Shown here in pieces: positions 44,253 to 54,199 of a stretch of 64,000 nucleotides of DNA (its first letter is position 1; each line of letters begins with the position of its first letter). The DNA lies in assembly GCA_046303055.1 (NCBI GenBank), contig JBKCGU010000042.1, forward strand, positions 21,304-85,303, in the 5' to 3' direction. Source of the DNA: Polaromonas sp. GTDB lineage: Bacteria > Pseudomonadota > Gammaproteobacteria > Burkholderiales > Burkholderiaceae_C. The position numbers and the translations under genes were made by a program. The notes below the pieces were generated by a model that was not told the DNA's origin, ran no database searches, and saw only the letters and a program-made list of their open reading frames with translations.

Positions 44253-44948
44253 GTGTTATCTGTCAACAACCTCCACGCCTTCTACGGCAAAAGCCATGTG
44301 CTGCACGGCGTGTCATTTGACGTGCAACCCGGCGAGATTGTGGCGCTGCTGGGCCGCAATGGCTCTGGTCGCTCGACCACCGCCAAGGCCATCATGGGTC
44401 TGGTCGATTGCCAGGGGTCAATCAGCTGGAGGAATGCTGAAATTACAGGTAAAGAGGCCTACAAAATCGCGCATCTGGGCATTGGTTATGTGCCTGAGAA
44501 TCGGGATATTTTCCCCAAGCTCACCGTGCATCAAAACCTGATGCTGGGGCAAAAAGGTTCTGGCAAGGGTTCACGCTGGTCGTTTGATGACATGTACAGC
44601 ATGTTTCCCAGATTGCTGGAGCGCCAGCACACAGAGGCGGGCGTGCTCTCGGGCGGCGAGCAGCAAATGCTGACGCTGTGCCGCACCCTGATGGGCGACC
44701 CTGACCTGATCATCATTGACGAGCCCACCGAAGGTTTGGCCCCCAAGATCGTCGAGCTGGTTGGTCAATATCTGCAAACGCTGAAGGCCAAGGGCATATC
44801 GGTGCTGCTGATTGAGCAAAAACTGACGATTGCCATGGCCATATCTGATCGCGCACTGGTCATGGGTCATGGAAGCATTGTTTTTCAGGGAACACCCGAC
44901 AGCCTGCGGGCGGATGCCTACATTCGCAAAGAGTGGCTTGAGGTCTAA
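44253..44948 (+). CDS. livF: Liv-type ABC ATP-binding protein (LivF-like)
   Basis: GRNGSGRST, LSGGEQQM, IDEPTEGLAP; GTG start. Confidence 0.92.
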   Translation: MLSVNNLHAFYGKSHVLHGVSFDVQPGEIVALLGRNGSGRSTTAKAIMGLVDCQGSISWRNAEITGKEAYKIAHLGIGYVPENRDIFPKLTVHQNLMLGQKGSGKGSRWSFDDMYSMFPRLLERQHTEAGVLSGGEQQMLTLCRTLMGDPDLIIIDEPTEGLAPKIVELVGQYLQTLKAKGISVLLIEQKLTIAMAISDRALVMGHGSIVFQGTPDSLRADAYIRKEWLEV

Positions 44949-45019
44949 AAGTCCATCACTCATGTCTCAATCGGGACAAAGCAGGCCTGTAAAGCCTTGC
45001 CAAGCCGTCCTACAATGCA

Positions 45020-45039
45020 AAAAGAACGGTCGTACTATT
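45020..45039. promoter_or_regulatory. Palindromic operator, FadP/TetR-like, upstream of the beta-oxidation operon
   Basis: AAAAGAACGGTCGTACTATT; 17/20 identical to the (reverse-complemented) site at 12193. Confidence 0.7.
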
Positions 45040-45135
45040 TTATGGTTCGCCAGATCGTTTCTGGCAGGCTCGCGAAAATCGGGCAACACAGAAAGCCGTC
45101 GTACTATTTTATGGTTCGCCAGATCGTTTCTGGCA
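45029..45135 (+). repeat. Perfect 38-bp direct repeat x2 with a 31-bp unique spacer
   Basis: gtcgtactattttatggttcgccagatcgtttctggca at 45029-45066 and 45098-45135; internal hairpin gccaga-tcgtt-tctggc. Confidence 0.9.
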
Positions 45136-45181
45136 CCCCAGCATTTCAACACCAGCTTCATACCAGGAAAGAAACCTCTCC

Positions 45182-47281
45182 ATGACAACGCTCTACGAAG
45201 TTCACGGCACGGTTGCCGTGATTACCTTGAACAACCCTCCTGTCAATGGTCTGGGTTACGCCACACGCGCGTCGATCACCGACAACCTGCAAAAAGCCAA
45301 CAGCGATGCTGCGATCAAATCGATTGTGATCACGGGCGCTGGCAGCGCGTTTTCAGGTGGTGCAGACATCAAGGAATTTGGCAGCCCGAAAGCCTTGGCG
45401 GAACCGAATCTGCTCAGCGTGATTCTGGCGATTGAAAATTCTGCCAAGCCAGTGGTGGCGGCAGTTCATTCGGTCTGCATGGGCGGCGGGCTTGAGCTGG
45501 CGCTGGGTTGTCACTACCGCATCGCCGCGCCCGGTTGCAGTGTGGCCCTGCCGGAAGTCAAGCTGGGCCTGCTGCCCGGTGCTGGCGGCACGCAGCGTCT
45601 GCCGCGCGCCTTGGGCGTGGAGCCTGCACTGAACATGATTGTCAGCGGTGAACCCGTCAAAAGCGAGTTACTGGCGCAAATCCCCGGCCAGAGTCTGTTC
45701 AATAAAATGGCGGCATCCGTCCAGTCACTGACCGCAGAATCGCTGGCCTACGCTGAGTCGATTGCCGACGTGCGACCACTGCCGCTGGTACGCCTGTTGC
45801 CCTGCAAACACAAAAACGGCGACGCTTACTTTCAGTTTGCCCGCAATATGGTCGGCGGCATGTCCAAAGGTTACCCCGCGCCGCTCAAATGCGTGGACGC
45901 TGTGGAGGCGGCCACCAAGCGCAAGTTTGACGACGGCATGGCGTACGAAAGAGAGCTGTTCATCAACCTGATGTGGAGCCCTGAAGGCCGGGCATTGCGC
46001 CACATTTTCATCGCGGAACGCGCCGCCTCGAAGATCCCGGACGTGCCGGCTGACACGCCCAAGCGCAACATCACATCGATTGCGGTGATCGGTGCAGGCA
46101 CCATGGGTGGCGGTATTTCGATGAACTTTCTGAATGCCGGTATTCCCGTCAAAATGCTCGAAATGAAACAGGACGCGCTCGACCGTGGCATCGCCACGAT
46201 TCGCAAAAACTATGAAGCGCAGGTTAAAAAAGGCAAACTCAAGCAGGAAAAATACGAAGAGCGCATGAGCATGCTCAGCACCACGCTCAGCTATGACGAC
46301 CTGAAAGACGCGGACATGGTGATTGAAGCGGTGTTTGAAGAGATGGGTGTGAAGGAAAAGGTTTTCAAAGAACTCGACCGGGTGATGAAGCCCGGTGCGA
46401 TTCTCGCGTCCAACACCTCGACGCTGGACATGAACAAGATTGCGGCTTTCACCAAGCGGCCGCAAGACGTGATCGGTACGCACTTTTTCAGCCCCGCCAA
46501 CATCATGAAGCTGCTCGAGGTTGTGCGCGGTGAAAAAACTGGTAAGGACGTGCTGGCCACCGTGATGGCACTGGGCAAAAAAATCAAGAAGACTTCAGTC
46601 GTGTCTGGCGTGTGTGATGGCTTTATCGGCAACCGCATGATTGAGCAATACGGACGCCAGGGCGGTTTCTTGTTGGACGAAGGCTGCACGCCCGCACAGG
46701 TTGACAAAGCCATTGAAAAGTTCGGCTTTGCCATGGGCCCGTTCCGCATGGGTGACCTGGCTGGCAACGATATTGGCTTTGCCATCCGCAAGCGCCGCTA
46801 CCTTGAAAAGCCAGACATGAAATACAGCAAAACCGCTGACCTGCTGTGCGAGAAAGGCCGCTTCGGGCAAAAAACGGGGGCCGGCTGGTACGACTATGTG
46901 CCAGGCAAACGCGATGCGATTGCGAATGCAGAAGTCGTCAGGATGATTGAAGAGCATCGCCGTTCACTAGGCATCACCCCGCGCAAAATTTCTGACGAAG
47001 AGATCGTGCAGCGTCTGGTGTACTCGCTGGTCAATGAGGCCGCGCACATTTTGGAAGAGGGTATTGCCTCCAAAGCCAGCGACATCGACATGGTCTACCT
47101 GATGGGTTACGGCTTTCCGATCTATCGCGGTGGTCCGATGAACTACGCCAACGAAGTCGGTTTGTTCAATGTGGTTCAAGCCATGAACCGCTTTGCGCAA
47201 AATCCACTGGACGATGCCAAGTTCTGGCAGCCTGCGCCTTTGCTGGCTCGGCTGGTCGCTGAAGGCAAAACTTTCAGCTAA
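45182..47281 (+). CDS. Multifunctional enoyl-CoA hydratase/3-hydroxyacyl-CoA dehydrogenase (FadB/FadJ-type)
   Basis: FSGGADI, MGGGLELAL, PEVKLGLLPGAGGTQR, GAGTMG, IEAVFE, HFFSPA, GFIGNR. Confidence 0.95.
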   Translation: MTTLYEVHGTVAVITLNNPPVNGLGYATRASITDNLQKANSDAAIKSIVITGAGSAFSGGADIKEFGSPKALAEPNLLSVILAIENSAKPVVAAVHSVCMGGGLELALGCHYRIAAPGCSVALPEVKLGLLPGAGGTQRLPRALGVEPALNMIVSGEPVKSELLAQIPGQSLFNKMAASVQSLTAESLAYAESIADVRPLPLVRLLPCKHKNGDAYFQFARNMVGGMSKGYPAPLKCVDAVEAATKRKFDDGMAYERELFINLMWSPEGRALRHIFIAERAASKIPDVPADTPKRNITSIAVIGAGTMGGGISMNFLNAGIPVKMLEMKQDALDRGIATIRKNYEAQVKKGKLKQEKYEERMSMLSTTLSYDDLKDADMVIEAVFEEMGVKEKVFKELDRVMKPGAILASNTSTLDMNKIAAFTKRPQDVIGTHFFSPANIMKLLEVVRGEKTGKDVLATVMALGKKIKKTSVVSGVCDGFIGNRMIEQYGRQGGFLLDEGCTPAQVDKAIEKFGFAMGPFRMGDLAGNDIGFAIRKRRYLEKPDMKYSKTADLLCEKGRFGQKTGAGWYDYVPGKRDAIANAEVVRMIEEHRRSLGITPRKISDEEIVQRLVYSLVNEAAHILEEGIASKASDIDMVYLMGYGFPIYRGGPMNYANEVGLFNVVQAMNRFAQNPLDDAKFWQPAPLLARLVAEGKTFS

Positions 47282-47308
47282 CAGTTGCATTTTTTTTAGG
47301 ACCCCATC

Positions 47309-48484
47309 ATGACTTCAGCCGTAATTGTTTCTACCGCACGTACTCCTTTGGCCAAAAGCTGGAAGGGCTCTTTCAACATGACCCACGGCGCAACTCTCGG
47401 CGGTCACGCCGTAGAGCACGCCATCAAGCGCGCAGGCATTGATGCCGCTGAGGTCGATGACGTCATCATGGGCTGCGCCAACCCTGAAGGCGCAACTGGT
47501 GCCAACATTGCGCGCCAGATCGCCTTGCGCGCAGGCTGCCCGGTCAATGTGTCGGGCATGACGGTGAACCGCTTTTGCTCGTCAGGTCTGCAAACGATTG
47601 CACTGGCCGCACAGCGCGTGATTGCTGGCGAAGCCGATATTTATGTGGCGGGGGGAGTTGAAAGCATTTCATGCGTGCAGCAGGAGATGAACACCCACAT
47701 GCTGGCTGACTTGTGGCTGGCCAAAAACAAGCCAGAGATTTACTGGAACATGCTGCAAACCGCAGAGCAGGTTGCCAAGCGCTACAACATCGGCCGTGAC
47801 CGCATGGACGAGTACGGTGCCATGAGCCAGCAAAAGGCCACGGCTGCGCTGGCGGCAGGGCTGTATGAAGCTGAAATCGCACCGATCACTGTCACTGCGG
47901 GCGTGGCCGACAAAGTCATGGGCCTGACGACCAAGCAGGTCACCGTCAGCAACGACGAAGGCATTCGTGCAGGCACGACCAAAGAAGGTATCAGCGGTAT
48001 CAAACCAGCTATTCCAGGCGGCGTGATTGCGGCGGGTAATGCCAGCCAGTTTTCCGATGGTGGCGGTGCTGTTGTAGTAATGAACGAGACTGTTGCCGAG
48101 CGCAAAGGCCTGAAGCCCCTGGGCCGCTTTTTGGGCTTTGCGGTGGCAGGCTGCGAGCCTGACGAAATGGGCATTGGCCCGGTATTCGCCATCCCCAAAG
48201 TGCTCGCCAAGCTGGGCTTGAAGATCAGCGATATTGACCTGTGGGAACTCAATGAAGCTTTCGCGGTGCAGGTGCTGTATTGCGCCGACAAGCTGGGCAT
48301 ACCGATGGACAAGCTCAATGTCAATGGCGGCGCTATCGCCGTGGGCCATCCCTACGGCGTGACGGGCCAGCGCCTGACAGGCCACGCGCTGATTGAAGGC
48401 AAACGCCGCAGCGCCAAGCGGGTTTGCGTGACGATGTGTATTGGTGGCGGCATGGGCGCGGCAGGTATTTTTGAGGTGCTATAA
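47309..48484 (+). CDS. Acetyl-CoA C-acyltransferase (thiolase)
   Basis: [38 protein letters not shown]. Confidence 0.96.
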   Translation: MTSAVIVSTARTPLAKSWKGSFNMTHGATLGGHAVEHAIKRAGIDAAEVDDVIMGCANPEGATGANIARQIALRAGCPVNVSGMTVNRFCSSGLQTIALAAQRVIAGEADIYVAGGVESISCVQQEMNTHMLADLWLAKNKPEIYWNMLQTAEQVAKRYNIGRDRMDEYGAMSQQKATAALAAGLYEAEIAPITVTAGVADKVMGLTTKQVTVSNDEGIRAGTTKEGISGIKPAIPGGVIAAGNASQFSDGGGAVVVMNETVAERKGLKPLGRFLGFAVAGCEPDEMGIGPVFAIPKVLAKLGLKISDIDLWELNEAFAVQVLYCADKLGIPMDKLNVNGGAIAVGHPYGVTGQRLTGHALIEGKRRSAKRVCVTMCIGGGMGAAGIFEVL

Positions 48485-48591
48485 GCTGGCACTGATGCAC
48501 CAGGATGACGACCCAGGGGGCGAGCCTGCAACCATCTTGCAGACCGACCCTTTTTAACTCCTGGCCTGACAACTTGGCTTGCGCTTGACCC

Positions 48592-50424
48592 ATGAACCTG
48601 CGATCAACCCTTGATTTTCTGCTGTACGACTGGCTGCAGGCCGAGTCTTTAAACCAGCGCGCACGTTTTTCTGACCACTCGCGGGAAACCTTTGATGCCG
48701 TTTTTGACACCTGCGAACGAATTGCGCGTGAAAAATACGCACCGTTCAACCGCCTGGTAGACACCCAGGAGCCGCACTTTGACGGGGAAAAAGTCATCTT
48801 GCCGCAGGCCACGCATGATGCGCAAAAGGCTTATGCCGAATCGGGCTTGCTCAGTGCCGCGCAAGACTACGATATGGGCGGCATGCAGCTGCCCTACACG
48901 GTGGAGGCGGCGGCCAATGCCTTTTTTGCAATGGCATCGGTCAGCATTGGCTCTGGCATGCTGACCACGGGCAATGCCAATTTGCTGATGGTGCACGGTA
49001 ACGAGTTGCAAAAAGAAGTCTTTGCCAAAAACGAATTTTCAGGACGCTTTTCAGGCACCATGTGTTTGAGCGAGCCGCAGGCGGGCTCGTCACTGAGCGA
49101 TGTCACCACGCGTGCTGTGCCAGATGGCGCTGACTTTGAGGCCGAGCCGCTGGGGGCGCGCTACCGCCTCAAGGGCAACAAGATGTGGATCTCGTCAGGC
49201 GAACACGAGTTGACCGACAACATCATTCATTTGGTGTTGGCCAAAATTCCTGGGCTTGACGGCAAATTGATTGCCGGCACGCGCGGCATTTCGCTGTTTA
49301 TCGTGCCCAAAAAACTGGTGAATACAAAAGGTGAGCTGACAGGCGTGCGCAACGACGTGGCCTTGGCGGGCCTGAATCACAAACTGGGCTGGCGCGGCAC
49401 CACCAACACGCTGCTGAATTTCGGCGAAGGCAAGTATCCGGTGGATGGCCAGGCGGGTGCTGTGGGTTATCTGGTCGGCAAGCCGCATGAGGGTTTGCGC
49501 TGCATGTTCCACATGATGAATGAAGCGCGCATTGGCGTGGGGATGGCGGCCACCATGCTGGGTATGGCGGGTTACCACGCCAGTCTTGATTACGCCAAGA
49601 ATCGCCCGCAGGGCAGGCCGATGGGGCCGAGCGGCAAAGATGCATCAGCGCCGCAAATCCGCATCATTGAACACGCTGACGTCAGGCGCATGCTGCTGGC
49701 GCAAAAGTCATATTGCGAAGGCGCTTTGGCGCTGGAGCTGTATTGCGCCCGGCTGGTCGATGAACAGCATACGGCTGAAGACCAGGCTGCTGACGACGCT
49801 CGAATGCTGCTGGAGGTGCTGACGCCGATTGCCAAAAGCTGGCCCAGTGAGTGGTGCCTGGAGGCCAACTCACTGGCGATTCAGGTGCACGGTGGTTACG
49901 GCTACACCCGCGACTTCCCCGTCGAGCAGTACTGGCGTGACAACCGGCTGAACATGATTCACGAAGGCACGCACGGTATTCAAGCCATGGACTTGCTCGG
50001 TCGCAAGGTGCTGATGGAAGGGGGCAGGGGGCTGGCGCTGCTGGCGGCGCGCATTGAGGCCACGATGGACAAAGCAGCCTCGTTTGCAGAACTCAAAATC
50101 CATGCCGACGCACTTGGCAAAGCCTGGCAAGCCGTGACCAGCGCCACCCAAGCGGCCTGGGCCACAGGCAATCCGCAAGACGCGCTGGCCAATGCCGTGC
50201 CCTACATGCAGGCCTTCGGCCACACCGTTCTGGGCTGGATCTGGCTGGATGTTGCCTGCGCATCGCTTGACCAATCTGCTACACATTCAATAGCTTCTCG
50301 TGCAGGAATTCAGGGCGCTTGCGCCTATTTTTACGCCTACGAGCTACCTAAGATAACAGCCTGGCTCGCGGTGGTTGAAAGCCGAAACCTGCTGTGTGCC
50401 AACTTGCCGGAGGAGGCGTTTTAA
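48592..50424 (+). CDS. Acyl-CoA dehydrogenase (long type)
   Basis: TMCLSEPQAGSSL, KMWISSGEH, QVHGGYGY, IHEGTHGIQ. Confidence 0.94.
   Translation: MNLRSTLDFLLYDWLQAESLNQRARFSDHSRETFDAVFDTCERIAREKYAPFNRLVDTQEPHFDGEKVILPQATHDAQKAYAESGLLSAAQDYDMGGMQLPYTVEAAANAFFAMASVSIGSGMLTTGNANLLMVHGNELQKEVFAKNEFSGRFSGTMCLSEPQAGSSLSDVTTRAVPDGADFEAEPLGARYRLKGNKMWISSGEHELTDNIIHLVLAKIPGLDGKLIAGTRGISLFIVPKKLVNTKGELTGVRNDVALAGLNHKLGWRGTTNTLLNFGEGKYPVDGQAGAVGYLVGKPHEGLRCMFHMMNEARIGVGMAATMLGMAGYHASLDYAKNRPQGRPMGPSGKDASAPQIRIIEHADVRRMLLAQKSYCEGALALELYCARLVDEQHTAEDQAADDARMLLEVLTPIAKSWPSEWCLEANSLAIQVHGGYGYTRDFPVEQYWRDNRLNMIHEGTHGIQAMDLLGRKVLMEGGRGLALLAARIEATMDKAASFAELKIHADALGKAWQAVTSATQAAWATGNPQDALANAVPYMQAFGHTVLGWIWLDVACASLDQSATHSIASRAGIQGACAYFYAYELPKITAWLAVVESRNLLCANLPEEAF
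50278..50331 (-). repeat. 54-bp element (family A) inside the acyl-CoA dehydrogenase C-terminus
   Basis: gctacacattcaatagcttctcgtgcaggaattcagggcgcttgcgcctatttt = ATHSIASRAGIQGACAYF; both ends match intergenic copies. Confidence 0.6.
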
Positions 50425-50654
50425 TGGGCTTTTACAAACCAGGTGCCAACCACACCACTGACCCGAAAACGCTGCGGCTGCACAAAATCATCTGGTCGCT
50501 GATTTTTGGCGGCCTGCTGACCGTGATCCTTGGCATTTTTGTCGGCAAAGCCGACGATGCGACCGGCTGGATCATGGTGGTTGCCGGTGGCGTGATGACA
50601 GCCATCGGTGCCGTTCTGATTTATGTGCGCTCGACCATGACATCCGAGCCTTGA
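50424..50654 (+). CDS. Small two-TM membrane protein of unknown function
   Basis: MGFYKPG...; two hydrophobic helices; TAATG overlap with the upstream gene. Confidence 0.75.
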   Translation: MGFYKPGANHTTDPKTLRLHKIIWSLIFGGLLTVILGIFVGKADDATGWIMVVAGGVMTAIGAVLIYVRSTMTSEP

Positions 50655-50675
50655 TTTCAACTTGAAGGAGACAAC

Positions 50676-51470
50676 ATGACACCTAGAACGATTCAAAAGC
50701 TGTTTGACCTCACAGGCAAAACAGCCCTGGTGACCGGCGGGTCGCGCGGCCTGGGCTTGCAAATGGCCCATGCGCTGGGTGAGGCCGGGGCAAAAGTCAT
50801 GCTCAGTTCGCGCAAGGCCGACGACCTGATGCAAGCGGTTGCCGGACTGAAAGCAGCCGGCATTGCCGCCGACTGGATGGCCGCCGACTGCGCCCAAGAG
50901 GCGGATATTCGCATGCTGGCAGATGGTGCCATCAAGCGCATGGGGCAGGTGGACATTCTGGTCAATAACGCAGGTGCTGCCTGGGGTGCGCCAGCTGAAG
51001 ACTATCCGGTTCAGGCGTGGGACAAGGTGATGAACCTGAACATTCGGGGCTACTTTATTTTGTCGCAGCACATTGCCAAGCATTCGATGATTCCCAGACA
51101 GTCTGGACGCATCATCAACATCGCGTCGATTGCCGGTTTGGGCGGCAACCCCAGCGGCATGCAAACCATTGCCTACAACACGTCCAAAGGCGCGGCGATC
51201 AACTTCACCAGGGCACTGGCAGGCGAGTGGGGCGTTCACGGCATTACCGTCAACGCCATTTGCCCTGGGTTTTTTCCGAGCAAGATGACCATGGGCACAC
51301 TCAAGGCACTTGGCGAGGAGGCTCTGGCTTCGCATGCCCCCCTGAAGCGGCTGGGTGACGACGAAGACCTGAAGGGACTGTGCGTGTTGTATGCCTCAGA
51401 TGCCGGCAAGCACATCACCGGTCAGTATCTCGCTGTCGATGGTGGTGTTTCAATCATTCAGGGAGGCTAG
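50676..51470 (+). CDS. SDR family oxidoreductase (gluconate 5-dehydrogenase/DHRS4-like)
   Basis: TGGSRGLG, NNAG, YNTSK, NAICPG. Confidence 0.93.
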   Translation: MTPRTIQKLFDLTGKTALVTGGSRGLGLQMAHALGEAGAKVMLSSRKADDLMQAVAGLKAAGIAADWMAADCAQEADIRMLADGAIKRMGQVDILVNNAGAAWGAPAEDYPVQAWDKVMNLNIRGYFILSQHIAKHSMIPRQSGRIINIASIAGLGGNPSGMQTIAYNTSKGAAINFTRALAGEWGVHGITVNAICPGFFPSKMTMGTLKALGEEALASHAPLKRLGDDEDLKGLCVLYASDAGKHITGQYLAVDGGVSIIQGG

Positions 51471-51478
51471 AGATGTTG

Positions 51479-51564
51479 ACCCCACGGTCGCTCACTTCGT
51501 GTCGTTCTCTGCCCTGCGGCAGCGCCGCTGCGCCTGCTGCCCGGCAAAGCCGGCTCTGCGGCCC
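51479..51564 (+). repeat. ~86-bp GC-rich palindromic element (family B), intergenic
   Basis: accccacggtcgctcacttcgtgtcg...gccggctctgcggccc; 68/86 identical to the purL copy. Confidence 0.85.
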
Positions 51565-51609
51565 CTGCTTGAAAAGAGATTTCTCGCATGCCCACTTGGA
51601 ACTTGCATC

Positions 51610-52062
51610 ATGAGTTTTGGCGTCGAAATCCCTTTCGTCACGCACCTTGGTTTTGCGCTGGAAAAGTTCGAAGACGGCGAATCTGCCATTGGCTACAGTC
51701 CCAAGGCTGAGCATCTGAATTCGTTCGCCGTGACCCACGGCGGTGCCGTCATGACGCTGATGGACGTGACGATGGCCTGCGCTGCGCGCAGCGTTCAAGC
51801 CGACATGGGGGTCGTCACCATCGAGATGAAAACCAGCTTCATGCGGCCAGCGCCCGGTGATGGCAGTCGGCTCACGGCAAAAGGCCGGCTGATGCATCGC
51901 ACGGCGACATTGGCGTTTACCGAGGCGACGCTGTTTGATGCGCAGACAAACGCCTGCGCGCACGCGACGGGGACTTTCAAATACGTCAAACGCCTGGTCA
52001 CGGGGCCAAAAAGTGTTCATGCGCCCCTTGGCTTGCCCCACACCGTCATTTCGACTGACTGA
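51610..52062 (+). CDS. PaaI-family hotdog thioesterase
   Basis: N.F.VTHGGAVMTLMD.TM, TIEMKTSFMRP. Confidence 0.92.
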   Translation: MSFGVEIPFVTHLGFALEKFEDGESAIGYSPKAEHLNSFAVTHGGAVMTLMDVTMACAARSVQADMGVVTIEMKTSFMRPAPGDGSRLTAKGRLMHRTATLAFTEATLFDAQTNACAHATGTFKYVKRLVTGPKSVHAPLGLPHTVISTD

Positions 52063-52111
52063 AACTGACAGTCAGTAACTTTGCCGTCTTTTTTGGGTCT
52101 TTCTACCTTTT

Positions 52112-52165
52112 AAATCGGCCTCCAAGCCAATGTATGTATACACAATGCGCTATCAAATTTGAAGC
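52112..52165 (+). repeat. 54-bp element (family A), intergenic
   Basis: aaatcggcctccaagccaatgtatgtatacacaatgcgctatcaaatttgaagc. Confidence 0.85.
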
Positions 52166-52217
52166 GATTTGACAACAATGTCTCAGCTTTTTTCAATCTC
52201 GAAGAACGGAACACACC

Positions 52218-53234
52218 ATGCCAGTCAACCAGCAAATACTTTTAGACAACCGTCCCACGGGCGAGGCGCTTGTCAGCAACTTCAAGCTGGTGACAGCCGA
52301 TACGCCGGCCTTGAAAGACGGCCAGGTGCTGGTGCGCCATCACTTTTTAAGCCTCGACCCTTACATGCGCGGTCGCATGAACGAGGCCAAAGGCTACACC
52401 GCACCCCAGGCGCTCGGCGAGGTGATGATTGGCGGCACGGTCGGTGAGGTGGTGGAAAGCCGAAGCGCCAAGTTTGCCGTGGGTGACACCGTGGTGGGCA
52501 TGGGCGGCTGGCAGCAGTTCAGCGTGGTGGACGCCGAGCAGCTGGGCGCGCTGCGCAAGGTAGACACCCGCCACGTGCCGTTGTCGCATTACCTCGGCGC
52601 GGTGGGCATGCCGGGCGTCACGGCCTATTACGGACTGGTCAAAATCATGGAGGCCAAAGCCGGTCAGACCGTGGTTGTCAGTGCTGCGACCGGTGCTGTG
52701 GGTAGTGCGTTTGCAGCCCTGGCCAAAGCCCGTGGATGCCGGGCGGTGGGCATTGCCGGCGGGCCAGACAAATGCAAATATGCGGTCGAAGAGCTCGGCT
52801 TTGATGCCTGTGTTGATTACAAGACCCATCAGGATGCCGGTTCATTGTCAAAAGCCATCAAGGCCCATTGTCCTAACGGCATTGATGGCTATTTTGAAAA
52901 CGTGGGCGGCATGGTGCTGGATGCGGTGCTGCCGCTGATGAACGCCTTTGGCCGTATTGCCCTGTGCGGCATGATTGCTGGCTATGACGGCAAACCGGTT
53001 CCGATGAGTTACCCGGCCTTGATTTTGATGAGCCGCTTGCGGGTTCAGGGCTTCATCGTGAGCGAACATATGGATGTCTGGCCGGAGGCTCTCAAAGAGC
53101 TGGGCATGCTGGTGGCCACTGGCAAACTCAAACCCCGCGAAACCGTGGCGCAGGGGCTGCAGGCCGCCCCAGAAGCTTTTTTGGGTTTGCTCAAGGGTAA
53201 AAACTTTGGCAAGCAGATTGTCAAACTGACCTAG
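52218..53234 (+). CDS. NADP-dependent MDR oxidoreductase (CurA/prostaglandin reductase-like)
   Basis: LSLDPYMRGRM, GMPGVTAYYG, SAATGAVGS, YFENVGG, GKNFGKQ. Confidence 0.93.
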   Translation: MPVNQQILLDNRPTGEALVSNFKLVTADTPALKDGQVLVRHHFLSLDPYMRGRMNEAKGYTAPQALGEVMIGGTVGEVVESRSAKFAVGDTVVGMGGWQQFSVVDAEQLGALRKVDTRHVPLSHYLGAVGMPGVTAYYGLVKIMEAKAGQTVVVSAATGAVGSAFAALAKARGCRAVGIAGGPDKCKYAVEELGFDACVDYKTHQDAGSLSKAIKAHCPNGIDGYFENVGGMVLDAVLPLMNAFGRIALCGMIAGYDGKPVPMSYPALILMSRLRVQGFIVSEHMDVWPEALKELGMLVATGKLKPRETVAQGLQAAPEAFLGLLKGKNFGKQIVKLT

Positions 53235-53263
53235 TGGTTCAGTCACCTTCAAGGCGTTTGACC

Positions 53264-54199
53264 ATGGCTGACCTGATTCTTCATCACTACCCGACTTCAC
53301 CGTTCGCTGAAAAAATCCGTCTGGTGTTGGGTTACAAAAAACTCGCCTGGAAATCGGTGATCATCCCGATGATCATGCCCAAACCGGATGTGGTGGCTTT
53401 AACGGGCGGCTACCGCAAAACACCCCTGCTGCAAATAGGCGCTGACATTTACTGCGACACCGCATTGATCTGCGATGTGCTGGAGCACCTGCAGCCAGAA
53501 CCGAGCCTGTACCCCGAGCCCAGTAAAGGCATGGGCCGTACGCTGGCCCAGTGGGCCGACACCACCCTGTTCTGGACGGCCATGGCCTATAACTTTCAGC
53601 CACCGGGCGTTGCCCAGGTGTTTGCCCATGCACCGCCGGAGGCAGCCAAAGCCTTCGCCGACGACCGCCAGGCGATGCGCCAAGGCTTGCCGCGCATGCC
53701 TGCGGCGGATGCGACAGCCGCCTACAAATCGTACCTGCGCCGCCTGTCTGACATGCTGGACGACTGGCCGTTTTTACTGGGTTCATTGCCCAGCATTGCA
53801 GACTTTGCCGCCTACCACCCGCTGTGGTTTACCAGAACGCACACGCCGGCGATGGCGGGCATTTTGAATGCCACCCCGGCCGTGCTGACCTGGATGGACC
53901 GGATGGCCGACATGGGGCACGGCAACTTTGAAAAGTTCAGTGCCACGGATGCCGTGGCGGTGGCTGCTGCGGCTACACCAGCGCCTTTGCGTGATGGTGT
54001 TTTTCAAGACGAGCACGGTATTTCCTTGGGCAGTCAGGTGACGATCAACAGCGACAACTTTGGGTTGGAGCCGACCCAGGGCGAGCTGATAGCCGCCACC
54101 AGAATGCACTACACGCTGCGCCGCACTGACCCGCGCGCGGGCACCGTGCATGTGCACTTCCCCCGGATTGGTTACATTCTTAAGAAAGCGCAATCATGA
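53264..54199 (+). CDS. Glutathione S-transferase family protein
   Basis: HHYPTSPFAEKIR, GGYRKTP.LQIGADIYCDT, SIADF. Confidence 0.92.
   Translation: MADLILHHYPTSPFAEKIRLVLGYKKLAWKSVIIPMIMPKPDVVALTGGYRKTPLLQIGADIYCDTALICDVLEHLQPEPSLYPEPSKGMGRTLAQWADTTLFWTAMAYNFQPPGVAQVFAHAPPEAAKAFADDRQAMRQGLPRMPAADATAAYKSYLRRLSDMLDDWPFLLGSLPSIADFAAYHPLWFTRTHTPAMAGILNATPAVLTWMDRMADMGHGNFEKFSATDAVAVAAAATPAPLRDGVFQDEHGISLGSQVTINSDNFGLEPTQGELIAATRMHYTLRRTDPRAGTVHVHFPRIGYILKKAQS

Noticed and set aside
45029-45135. CRISPR array
   Set aside because: Only two repeats and one spacer, no cas genes or AT-rich leader, and the repeat overlaps a regulator site. Kept as a plain direct repeat.
51391-51609. N-terminal extension of the PaaI thioesterase (track ORF from 51391)
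   Set aside because: It overlaps the SDR gene and runs through a family B repeat. The ATG at 51610 gives a normal-sized hotdog protein, though an in-frame repeat-derived leader cannot be fully excluded.
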